A DNA stretch of 64,000 nucleotides from Gemmatimonadales bacterium (GTDB taxonomy: Bacteria; Gemmatimonadota; Gemmatimonadetes; Gemmatimonadales; GWC2-71-9). Every line of letters starts with the position of its first letter. Position 1 is the stretch's first letter. The notes below the pieces were generated by a model. That model saw only the letters and a list, made by a program, of their open reading frames with translations, was not told the DNA's origin and made no database searches. This document shows, in pieces, positions 52,946-61,130 of this stretch. Made by a program: the position numbers and the translations under genes. The stretch spans positions 2,047 through 66,046 of the forward strand of contig JBDSIR010000146.1 in the NCBI GenBank assembly GCA_039917855.1, in the 5' to 3' direction.

Positions 52946-54126
52946 GCCTTCTCCACGCTGAGGGCCACGGCGTTACCGCCGCCGAGGCAAAGGGTCGCGA
53001 GGCCGGTCGAGACCTTCCGGTCGGCCATCGCGTACAGAAGCGTCGTCAGCACGCGCGCGCCGCTGGCCCCGATGGGGTGCCCCAGCGCGACGGCGCCGCC
53101 ATTCACGTTCACCTTGTCGAAATCCCAGCCGAGGGCGCGGCCGTCGGCGATGGCCTGGACTGCGAACGCCTCGTTGGCCTCGATGAGGCCGTAGTCGGAG
53201 ATCTTGGTCCCCATCTTCTTCATCAGGTTCTGCACCGCGAGGATCGGGGCGAAGAAGAGCTCCTTCGGCTCGCCGCCGCCGGTGGCGTACCCCGTCACCG
53301 TCGCGAGGATGGTGAGACCGTGCGCCTTGGCGTATGCCTTGGACGTGACGACCAGTGCACTGGCGCCGTCGTTGAGCCCGGGAGCGTTGCCGGCCGTCAC
53401 CCGACCATCCTTGCGGAAGGTCGGCTTGAGCTTTGCCAGCGCCTCGATCGACGTGTCCTTGCGGGGACCCTCGTCCTTGCTCACGACCACCGGGGTCTTC
53501 CCCGCCACCGTCACCGGGAGGATCTCGGCGGTGAACTTGCCGTTCTCCTGCGCCGCGATGGCCTTCTGGTGGCTCTTGAAGGCGAACTCGTCCATCTCGG
53601 CGCGCGTCACGCCGCTCTTGTCGGCGGTGTACTCGGCGTATTCACCCATATGCACGTTGCCGAACGAGTCCCAGAGCCCGTCGCGGATCATCCCATCGAC
53701 CAGGGTCTGGTCCCCCGCCTTGATCCCGCCGCGCATCCCGTAGACGTAATGGGGCGAGGAGGACATCGCTTCCTGCCCGCCGGCGACGATCACCTGCGCG
53801 TCGCCCGCCTTGATCGCCTGTGAGGCGAGCATCACCGCCTTCAAACCGGAGCCGCACACCTTGTTGATGGTGAGCGCGGGCACGACGCTGGGGATCCCGG
53901 CATGGATCAGCGCCTGACGGGCGGGAGCCTGACCCGAACCCCCCTGCAGCACCTGGCCGAAGATCACCTCGTCCACCACGGCGCCGTCGAGCTTGGCGCG
54001 GACCAGCGCTTCCCTGATGGCGAGGGCGCCGAGCTGGGGAGCGGAAAAGCTGGAGAGCCCCCCGAGGTAACGACCGATGGGGGTGCGGACGGCGGAAACG
54101 ATGACCGGCGTGGTGCTATCGGACAC
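52942..54126 (-). CDS. Acetyl-CoA C-acetyltransferase (thiolase II)
   Basis: 394 aa: INKVCGSGLKAV, NVNGGAVALGHPIGASGAR, CLGGGNAVAL. Confidence 0.93.
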   Translation of the reverse strand: MSDSTTPVIVSAVRTPIGRYLGGLSSFSAPQLGALAIREALVRAKLDGAVVDEVIFGQVLQGGSGQAPARQALIHAGIPSVVPALTINKVCGSGLKAVMLASQAIKAGDAQVIVAGGQEAMSSSPHYVYGMRGGIKAGDQTLVDGMIRDGLWDSFGNVHMGEYAEYTADKSGVTRAEMDEFAFKSHQKAIAAQENGKFTAEILPVTVAGKTPVVVSKDEGPRKDTSIEALAKLKPTFRKDGRVTAGNAPGLNDGASALVVTSKAYAKAHGLTILATVTGYATGGGEPKELFFAPILAVQNLMKKMGTKISDYGLIEANEAFAVQAIADGRALGWDFDKVNVNGGAVALGHPIGASGARVLTTLLYAMADRKVSTGLATLCLGGGNAVALSVEKA

Positions 54127-54160
54127 GGGAGTCCCGGGCTGAGTTCAGGCCGGGAAAATA

Positions 54161-54196
54161 GCGGGTAGGCGGGTGGGCGGGTAGGCGGGTAGGCGG
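54161..54196. repeat. Solo octamer array, GCGGGTAG type (G-quadruplex-capable)
   Basis: gcgggtaggcgggtgggcgggtaggcgggtaggcgg lies upstream of the thiolase start. It has five GGG runs. Confidence 0.85.
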
Positions 54197-54197
54197 T

Positions 54198-54295
54198 CGC
54201 CGAGGGCGGGGCGCCCCCGCCCCGCCGATGGGTCGAGGCAGAGCTCCGTCAACGGCGGCGCGAGGTAGCGCCGCCCTCGGCCGGCATCCCAACAA
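54198..54295. repeat. 98-bp direct repeat, copy A
   Basis: cgccgagggcggggcgcccccgccccgccgatgggtcgaggcagagctccgtcaacggcggcgcgaggtagcgccgccctcggccggcatcccaacaa. 97/98 identical to 55467-55564. Confidence 0.9.
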
Positions 54296-54297
54296 CA

Positions 54298-54321
54298 GGG
54301 CCCGCAATGAAATCGCGGGCC
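54298..54321 (-). terminator. Hairpin downstream of the orphan gene
   Basis: gggcccgc-aatgaaat-cgcgggcc lies 14 nt after the stop. On the minus strand it is followed by ctgttgttggg. Confidence 0.45.
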
Positions 54322-54334
54322 GTTCGTCCTCGCC

Positions 54335-55375
54335 CTATCGACACCTTCCAAGGCAGGTGAACCGAACGAACGCCACCTCCCCAGCCCAGCGCACGCTGGC
54401 ACGCAGATGACGAGATCCGACCGTTGTAATGCCGTCACCTGGCCGCAGTTGCCACCGCTGCCGCCGCCCGACCGGTCGAGCCTGATCCCGAGATCGGGTT
54501 CCCCCATCGACCGATCGCCGCTCGATGCGAAGTCCCTCACCGTAGATCGCCTCGACGATCCACCGTTCTGCATCTCCCGCCGGCGGCGAGGTCCAGCCGT
54601 AGACCGGCGAAGCCGCAACACAGGTCAAGTCACCGCATTCATCGAATCCAGTCGGGATCGTGAGGGTCGAATCCAGGGGGAGCGCCTCGACGGGGTCATC
54701 GGAAATGCGTGCCCCGATCTCGGCATCAAGATGCCATTGGCCGTCGCGACCTCGGAACAGCACGTCATCGGGCAAGGCCAGGACCGCTGGAAGCGCTGCG
54801 ACCAGGAGCTCCTCACGGAGCGCGCTGGAATCTCTGGGCAAGGAGATCAATACCACCTGATGCACGACTGCGCTGTCACCGGGCCTGCGTGCCACATAGT
54901 CAAGCGGGATCCGCTGCGGAGATCCTCGTCGACCGACGATCGCGACGACCAGCGCTGCCACCTGGGAGGAATCGTCTTTCCCGCCATAGATCCAGCGTTG
55001 AGTGTCCGCCGCAAGGACGGCACGGGAGAGGATCGCAGAATCCGGAGTCCCTGGCTCGATGATCAGCCAAGGTGCCAGGAAAAGGGCATAGCACTCGCCG
55101 TACCAGCGGATCTCCCGCTGAAGAAAGTGCTCGGTCGTCTGGCAACTGCTCCTGGCGTATTCGATCCGCTCGCGCTCCGGCGTCGGGTCTCCCGCGGAGA
55201 GTGCCCGCCAGAGCACCTCGGTCGAGTAGGGGGGTGTGCCGATGCTTACCGGGATGACCACGGGCGTGCGCAAGACGGCTCGCGGGGACTGCGCGTGAGC
55301 GTCCTCGGCGAGGCTGCTGACGAGCAGCACGACAGCGGCGACCATCGCAAGAATGACTGTTTTGGAAAACTTCAT
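54335..55375 (-). CDS. Orphan secreted protein, no recognisable domain
   Basis: Signal peptide MKFSKTVILAMVAAVVLLVSSLAEDAHA. Many A/T-ending codons (aaa ttt aca att ctt gat tct), unlike the neighbours. The last 60 or so codons are low-complexity and may be degraded. Confidence 0.6.
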   Translation of the reverse strand: MKFSKTVILAMVAAVVLLVSSLAEDAHAQSPRAVLRTPVVIPVSIGTPPYSTEVLWRALSAGDPTPERERIEYARSSCQTTEHFLQREIRWYGECYALFLAPWLIIEPGTPDSAILSRAVLAADTQRWIYGGKDDSSQVAALVVAIVGRRGSPQRIPLDYVARRPGDSAVVHQVVLISLPRDSSALREELLVAALPAVLALPDDVLFRGRDGQWHLDAEIGARISDDPVEALPLDSTLTIPTGFDECGDLTCVAASPVYGWTSPPAGDAERWIVEAIYGEGLRIERRSVDGGTRSRDQARPVGRRQRWQLRPGDGITTVGSRHLRASVRWAGEVAFVRFTCLGRCR

Positions 55376-55466
55376 GGGTGGTCAGGTTCGAGTACTCCGG
55401 AGATGCCCTTGCGCCTGAAATCAGCACACACCCGCGGCGCAGCCGCGGCGGGTGTTGCTGCGGACC

Positions 55467-55564
55467 CGCCGAGGGCGGGGCGCCCCCGCCCCGCCGATGG
55501 GTCGAGGCAGAGCTCCGTCAACGGCGGCGCGAGGTCGCGCCGCCCTCGGCCGGCATCCCAACAA
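55467..55564. repeat. 98-bp direct repeat, copy B
   Basis: One mismatch (gaggtCgcg versus gaggtAgcg) relative to copy A. Confidence 0.9.
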
Positions 55565-55588
55565 AGCCCCGCGATTTCATCGCGGGCT
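55565..55588 (-). terminator. Hairpin overlapping the thrS stop
   Basis: agccccgcga-tttca-tcgcgggct. On the minus strand it is followed by ttgttggg. Its loop is the reverse complement of the loop at 54298-54321. Confidence 0.5.
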
Positions 55589-57509
55589 ACGGCATCAACG
55601 CCCTGCTCTTCTCCTCACCCGCCACCTTCGCCACGAACTCCGCCACCGGCATCACCGTCTGCTTGGTCCCCGCCCCGCGCACCCTGACCGCCACCGCACC
55701 CGAGTCGGCCTCGCGCTGTCCCACCACCGCCATGTACGGCACTTTCAGGACTTCGCCATCGCGGATCCGGTAGTTGAGGGTCTCGTTCGAGTCATCGACC
55801 GTGACCCGGAGCCCCGCATCGCGCAGTTGCTTGGCCACCGCATGCGCCGCCGCGGCCTGCGCGTCGCTGATCGGGAGCACCCGTACCTGCTCGGGCGCGA
55901 GCCAGACCGGGAACGCCCCGGCGAAGTGCTCGATCAGGATCGCGATGAAGCGCTCGAACGAGCCGCTCACCGCCCGATGGATGACGACCGGCCGGTGGGG
56001 ATGGTTGTCCTCCCCCACATACGTCAGGGCGAACCGCTCCGGCGCGTTGAAGTCGAGCTGGATGGTGCCGAGTTGCCAGGCTCGCCCGATCGCGTCGTAG
56101 ACGTCGAAGTCGATCTTGGGGCCGTAGAACGCCCCGTCTCCCGGCTTGAGTTCGTATGGCAGCCCGGTCGCCTCGAGCGCAGCCTTCAAGCTCGCCTCGG
56201 CACGATCCCAGAGCGCGTCATCACCGATACGGACCTCCGGCCGGGTGGCGAACTTGAGCTTCGCCTCCAGCCCAAAGGTCTTGTAGTACGCCAGGATGAA
56301 GTCGGCGATCCGCTTCACCTCGGCGGGGATCTGCGACTCCATCAGGTAGATATGACAGTCGTCCTGGGAGAACTGCCGCACGCGCGTGAGGCCCGAGAGC
56401 GCCCCGCTCACCTCGTTCCGATGCAGCACATCGTAGGTGCTGTAGCGGGTCGGGAGCTCGCGGTAGCTGTGCCGCCGCGACGCGAAAAAGAGGTGGTGCG
56501 ACGGGCAGTTCATCGGCTTCAGGGACATGTCGTGCTCCCCGGTCTCCTTGTCGAGGACGAGGAACATGTTCTCCTGGTACTTCCCCCAATGCCCTGACTG
56601 CTCCCAGAGCGCTTTGTGGTACAGCAGCGGGGTCCGGACCTCCTGATACCCTTCGCGCTCCAGCTCGCGCAGATAGGCGTTGATGGTGTTGTAGATCGCC
56701 GTGCCGCGCGCGGTCCAGAAGGCGGCCCCCGGCGCCACCGGGAAGAAGTGGAAGAGATCGAGTTCCTTCCCCACCCGGCGATGGTCCCTCTTCTTCGACT
56801 CCTCGAGGCGGTGGGTATACGCCTCCAGGTCCTCCTTCTTGAACCACGCCGTACCATAGATGCGCTGCAGCATCTGCCGCCGAGAATCCCCCCGCCAGTA
56901 CGCCCCCGCGATGCTCAGCAGCTTGAAATGCTTCAGCCGCGACGTGCTCGGCACATGCGGTCCCCGGCAGAGGTCGACGAACGGGCCGTCGGTGTAGACA
57001 GTGATGGTCTCGTCGGCGCCGAGGTCGTCGATCCGCTCGAGCTTGAGGGGATCGTCCTTGAAACGCTTCTTTGCCTCCGCCCGATCCACCACCTCGCGCG
57101 TGAACGGGTAGTCCGCCTTGGCCACCTCGACCATTTTCGCCTCGATCTGTGCGAGATCCTCAGGCGTGAAGGGGCGATCGAGCTGGAAGTCGTAGTAGAA
57201 CCCGTCCTCGATCGGCGGCCCGAATCCGATGCCGGCATTGGGGAAGAGCTCGCGCACGGCCGTGGCCAGGATATGGGCGGCGGAGTGGCGGAGCACCTCG
57301 AGAGCGTCGGGGTCGCGGTCGGTCAGCAGCGATACGGTGGCGCCATCCTCGAGCTCGCGGCCGAGGTCGCGGATCTGGCCGTTGACGCGGGCGGCGAGCG
57401 CTGCCTTGGCGAGGCCGGGCCCGATGGCCTGGGCCAGGTCGCGGGCGGTGCTGCCAGCGGGAAGTTCGCGGACACTCCCGTCGGGGAGGGTGATGCGGAG
57501 CTGGCTCAC
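55587..57509 (-). CDS. thrS: Threonyl-tRNA synthetase
   Basis: 640 aa, GTG start. Has a TGS domain (ITLPDGSVRE), HSAAHILA, FRDE-type class II motifs, and a C-terminal anticodon-binding domain. Confidence 0.95.
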   Translation of the reverse strand: MSQLRITLPDGSVRELPAGSTARDLAQAIGPGLAKAALAARVNGQIRDLGRELEDGATVSLLTDRDPDALEVLRHSAAHILATAVRELFPNAGIGFGPPIEDGFYYDFQLDRPFTPEDLAQIEAKMVEVAKADYPFTREVVDRAEAKKRFKDDPLKLERIDDLGADETITVYTDGPFVDLCRGPHVPSTSRLKHFKLLSIAGAYWRGDSRRQMLQRIYGTAWFKKEDLEAYTHRLEESKKRDHRRVGKELDLFHFFPVAPGAAFWTARGTAIYNTINAYLRELEREGYQEVRTPLLYHKALWEQSGHWGKYQENMFLVLDKETGEHDMSLKPMNCPSHHLFFASRRHSYRELPTRYSTYDVLHRNEVSGALSGLTRVRQFSQDDCHIYLMESQIPAEVKRIADFILAYYKTFGLEAKLKFATRPEVRIGDDALWDRAEASLKAALEATGLPYELKPGDGAFYGPKIDFDVYDAIGRAWQLGTIQLDFNAPERFALTYVGEDNHPHRPVVIHRAVSGSFERFIAILIEHFAGAFPVWLAPEQVRVLPISDAQAAAAHAVAKQLRDAGLRVTVDDSNETLNYRIRDGEVLKVPYMAVVGQREADSGAVAVRVRGAGTKQTVMPVAEFVAKVAGEEKSRALMP

Positions 57510-57658
57510 GGGGTCGGCAGCGCTCCACCGATGGCGGCGGCCGCGTCGGCGTAGAGAAAGTAGAACACGACACCGAGCGCCACGATGGCGGTCGGAAGCG
57601 ACCAGCGGACGAGGTCGAAGAAGGTGACGTACTCGCGTTCGTCGCTCATCGGGGTCAT
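57506..57658 (-). CDS. Small membrane protein (50 aa) translationally coupled to thrS
   Basis: Below the ORF-track size cutoff. My translation is MTPMSDEREYVTFFDLVRWSLPTAIVALGVVFYFLYADAAAAIGGALPTP. Almost all codons end in G/C. Its TGA overlaps the thrS GTG (GTGA). Confidence 0.5.
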   Translation of the reverse strand: MTPMSDEREYVTFFDLVRWSLPTAIVALGVVFYFLYADAAAAIGGALPTP

Positions 57659-57754
57659 GCGCTCGAGTCGTGGAGAATGGTGCCTGCGCCGTGCGGCAGG
57701 CTCATGTTAACTTAATCGCAATCTTGCACTTTCGGCATTTCTGAGGAGCGTACG

Positions 57755-58177
57755 GTGCGTCGAACGGAACGGCAGGGCGAGTTGGCGGTCTGGGCCGCGA
57801 TGGGGCTCGGGGTCGGGCTTGTGGCGGGGTTCGCCCTGGCCGAGGCAGTCGGCGCGGTGGACCTGAAGCGCCTGGCGCGCGCCGTGGCACGGATCGGCGC
57901 CGACCACAGCCCGGCCACGCTGACGCCGGATCAGGCGGCGCGCGCCGCGGCGCTGGCCCTCGGCCAGACCCCCGGGCTCGCCGGTCTGGAGCTCGAGACC
58001 CGGGCCCTCGGCCCCGGTCGGGTGGAGCTGCTCGGGTGGGTTCCCGACCGACGCAGCCGGGCGCTGGCCGAACGCACCGTGGCGGGACTCGACGGGATCA
58101 CCGCCGTGGTCAACCGGCTCCTGGTGGAGCGGGAAGACAGCAACGCGCCGCTCACCCTCGCGGACCAGTCGGCATGA
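57755..58177 (+). CDS. BON-domain membrane protein
   Basis: 140 aa, GTG start after GAGGAG. Has a TM helix and VELLGWVPDRRSRALAERTVAGLDGITAVVNRL. Its stop overlaps the valS ATG (ATGA). Confidence 0.75.
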   Translation: MRRTERQGELAVWAAMGLGVGLVAGFALAEAVGAVDLKRLARAVARIGADHSPATLTPDQAARAAALALGQTPGLAGLELETRALGPGRVELLGWVPDRRSRALAERTVAGLDGITAVVNRLLVEREDSNAPLTLADQSA

Positions 58178-60909
58178 GCGACGAACTGAGCCCGACCTAC
58201 TCCCCCGCCGGCCTCGAAGTCGGCATCTACCGGCAGTGGGAGAAGGCCGGGGTCTTCGCGCCCTCGGGTCATGGGTCGAGGGTCATGGGTCGTGGGGCTT
58301 TGGAGGGTCGCAACGCCTCCCACGACTCACGACCCACGACCCAAGACCCGTTCGTGACCATGATGCCCCCGCCGAACGTGACGGCGAGCCTCCACATGGG
58401 GCACGGGCTCAACAATACTCTCCAGGACGTCCTCACCCGCTGGGCCCGGATGCGGGGGCGCCCGGCGCTCTGGCTCCCCGGCACCGACCACGCCGGCATC
58501 GCCACGCAGAACGTGGTCGAGCGGCTGGTGGCCAAGGAGGGCCAGACCCGCTTCGATCTTGGGCGCGGGCCCTTCCTCGAGCGGATGCACGCCTACGTCG
58601 ACGTGACCAAGGAGACCATCCTCGGCCAGCTTCGGAGCATCGGCTCGAGCGCCGACTGGAGCCGCACGTACTACACCTTCGACGAGCACTACTCCGAGGC
58701 CGTGCGCGAGGTGTTCGTGCGGCTGTACGAGAAGGGCCTCATCTACCGCGGCAAGTACATCATCAACTGGTGCCCCCGCTGCCTCACCGCCCTTTCTAAT
58801 GAAGAGGCGGAAAAGGAGGAGCGGGACGGGAAGATCTGGCACCTGCGCTATCCCCTGGCCGATGGCTCAGGGTCGCTGGTCGTGGCCACCACTCGGCCGG
58901 AGACGATGCTGGGCGACACCGGCGTGGCGGTGCATCCTGAGGACGAGCGCTACCAGGCGCTCATCGGGAAGATGCTGGCGCTGCCGCTCACCGACCGGCG
59001 GATCCCCATCGTCGGCGACGAGGCGGTCGATCCGGAGTTCGGGAGCGGCGCGGTGAAGGTCACGCCGGCGCATGACCAGACCGACTTCGAGATCGGCAAG
59101 CGGCACGACCTGGCCCAGATCGACGTGATGACCCCGGAGGCGCGGATGGCGGAGACCGTGCCGCTGCGCTTCCAGGGCCTGGACCGGTTCGACGCGCGAA
59201 AGAAGGTCGTGGCGGAGTTCGAGGCGCTGGGACTCCTGGTCAAGATCGATGACCACCGCCACGCCGTGGGCCACTGTTACCGCTGCGGCACCGTGGTGGA
59301 ACCGCGCCTGTCGGATCAGTGGTTCGTGAAGATGGCGCCCCTCGCCAAGCCGGCGCTCAAGGCGTATGCCGACAAGAAGGTGAAGTTCGTCCCGGAACGC
59401 TGGGGCGACATCTATACCCAGTGGCTGGAGGGGATCCGCGACTGGTGCATCAGCCGCCAGCTCTGGTGGGGGCATCGCATCCCGGTCTGGTACTGCGATG
59501 CGTGTGGTTCGAAGCACGCCAGCCGCACCGACCTGGTCACCTGCCCCAAGTGCCGCGGCCTGTTGCGTCAGGACGAGGACGTGCTCGACACCTGGTTCTC
59601 CAGCTGGCTCGTGCCGATGGCCTCCCTCGGCTGGCCCGAGGAGACCGAGGACCTCAAGCGGTTCTATCCCGGCACGGTGCTCATCACCGCCCCCGAGATC
59701 CTGTTCTTCTGGGTGGCGCGGATGATCATGGCGGGGCTCGAGTTCCGCGGGAAGGTGCCGTTCCACACCGTGTATCTGCACGGCACCGTGCGCGACACCC
59801 AGCATCGCAAGATGTCGAAGTCTTTGGGCAACGGGATCGATCCGCTCGACGTGATCGAGAAGTACGGCGCCGACGCGCTGCGCTACACGGTGATCTCGGG
59901 GATGGCGGTCGGGACCGACCTGATCCTCGATCCGAAGGATCTGGAGATCTCGTTCGCGCCGGGGCGGAACTTCGCCAACAAGCTCTGGAATGCCGCGCGC
60001 TTCCTGTTGAGCAACCTGCACGGCGCTCCCCGTCCCTTGGCCGGCGCGTATCGAGAAGTGATCCGGAGGGAGGAACTCACCCTCGCCGACCGGTGGATCA
60101 TCGCCCGGTGCGATGCCGCGGTGCGCGAGTCGGCCGACGCGCTGGAGAAGTTCCGCCTCAACGATGCGGCGAGTGCGGCCTATCACTTCATCTGGAGCGA
60201 CTTCGCCGACTGGTACGTCGAGGCGATCAAGCCCCGGCTCTACGGCGACGTGCCCGGGGGTAGCATCGCGCGCGCGGTGGCCTACCGGGTCTTCGACACC
60301 GCCCTCCGGCTGTTGCACCCGGTGATGCCCTTCATCACCGAGGCGATCTGGCAGAAGCTCCCCGGGCGCACCGAGGGGGAGCTTCTCGCGCGCGCGCGCT
60401 GGCCCGAAGCCGATCAGCGTGCCAGTGACGACGGCGCCCTCGCAGAATTCGCCCTGGTGCAGGAGGTCGTGACGGCGCTCCGGCAGATCCGCGCCGAGAA
60501 TGGCGTGGAGCCCGGGAAACAGATCGACGCGACCGTCGTCGCCGCCACGCCGGCGATGCGCTCCGCGCTCACCCTCGAGGATGCCACGGTGCGCAGGCTC
60601 GCCAAAGTGGCGAAGCTTACCGTCGGGCCTGCTCCGACCGGGGCCGCCGCGAGCGCGGTCCTCTCCGACGGCTCAACGGTGATCGTTCCCCTCGGCGGGA
60701 TGGTCGACTTGGCCAAGGAATGCGCCAAGCTCGCCGCCGAACGCGACCGGCTGGCGGGGATGGTCGCGAACCAGGAGAAGAAGCTCAGCAATGAGCAGTT
60801 CGTGGCGCGCGCCCCGGCCGCCGTGATCGAAGGGGAACGGAAGAAGCTCGCGGAGTGGACGGAACATGTGAGCAAGTTGAATGATCGAAGGCGGGCGCTC
60901 GGGTGCTGA
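58174..60909 (+). CDS. valS: Valyl-tRNA synthetase
   Basis: ORF trimmed to MSDELSPTYSP. Has PPPNVTASLHMGH, KMSKSLGN, and a C-terminal coiled coil. Contains an 84-bp repeat insertion. Confidence 0.95.
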   Translation: MSDELSPTYSPAGLEVGIYRQWEKAGVFAPSGHGSRVMGRGALEGRNASHDSRPTTQDPFVTMMPPPNVTASLHMGHGLNNTLQDVLTRWARMRGRPALWLPGTDHAGIATQNVVERLVAKEGQTRFDLGRGPFLERMHAYVDVTKETILGQLRSIGSSADWSRTYYTFDEHYSEAVREVFVRLYEKGLIYRGKYIINWCPRCLTALSNEEAEKEERDGKIWHLRYPLADGSGSLVVATTRPETMLGDTGVAVHPEDERYQALIGKMLALPLTDRRIPIVGDEAVDPEFGSGAVKVTPAHDQTDFEIGKRHDLAQIDVMTPEARMAETVPLRFQGLDRFDARKKVVAEFEALGLLVKIDDHRHAVGHCYRCGTVVEPRLSDQWFVKMAPLAKPALKAYADKKVKFVPERWGDIYTQWLEGIRDWCISRQLWWGHRIPVWYCDACGSKHASRTDLVTCPKCRGLLRQDEDVLDTWFSSWLVPMASLGWPEETEDLKRFYPGTVLITAPEILFFWVARMIMAGLEFRGKVPFHTVYLHGTVRDTQHRKMSKSLGNGIDPLDVIEKYGADALRYTVISGMAVGTDLILDPKDLEISFAPGRNFANKLWNAARFLLSNLHGAPRPLAGAYREVIRREELTLADRWIIARCDAAVRESADALEKFRLNDAASAAYHFIWSDFADWYVEAIKPRLYGDVPGGSIARAVAYRVFDTALRLLHPVMPFITEAIWQKLPGRTEGELLARARWPEADQRASDDGALAEFALVQEVVTALRQIRAENGVEPGKQIDATVVAATPAMRSALTLEDATVRRLAKVAKLTVGPAPTGAAASAVLSDGSTVIVPLGGMVDLAKECAKLAAERDRLAGMVANQEKKLSNEQFVARAPAAVIEGERKKLAEWTEHVSKLNDRRRALGC
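58266..58349. repeat. Heptamer-array hairpin, GGGTCRT type, in frame inside valS
   Basis: Left arm gggtcatgggtcgagggtcatgggtcgtgggg, 21-nt spacer, right arm cccacgactcacgacccacgacccaagaccc. Total 84 bp, which is 28 codons. Confidence 0.9.
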
Positions 60910-60910
60910 G

Positions 60911-61110
60911 CCCTCTCCCCCCGACCCCCTCTCACTGTCGGGAGAGGGGGAGCGCCACGGAACAGCTCCCCTCCCCCGACAAGGGGAACACCACGGTTCA
61001 ACTCTCCTCCCCCGACAGGGGGAACACCACGGTTCAACTCCCCTCCCCCGACAGGGGGAACACCACGAAACAGCTTCCCTCCCCCGACAGGGGGAGGGGC
61101 CGGGGGAGGG
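60911..61110. repeat. Tandem array, 36-bp period, about 4.5 units, of the CCCCTC..GAGGGG hairpin family
   Basis: Units at 60966-61001, 61002-61037 and 61038-61073 (ctcccctcccccgacagggggaacaccacggttcaa), flanked by partial and divergent units. Confidence 0.9.
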
Positions 61111-61130
61111 GGCTGAGCGTCCGGGCGTCC

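Noticed and set aside
57660-57754. AT-richer divergent region between the thrS-upstream small ORF and the BON/valS operon (catgttaacttaatcgcaatcttgcactttcggcatttc) considered as a defined promoter pair or thrS operator.
   Set aside because: I could not place convincing -35/-10 hexamers with proper spacing or an anticodon-arm-like operator. It probably does contain promoters, but I cannot support coordinates.
60911-61110. 36-bp tandem repeat considered as a CRISPR array.
   Set aside because: The units are directly adjacent with no unique spacers, and no cas genes are in the window.
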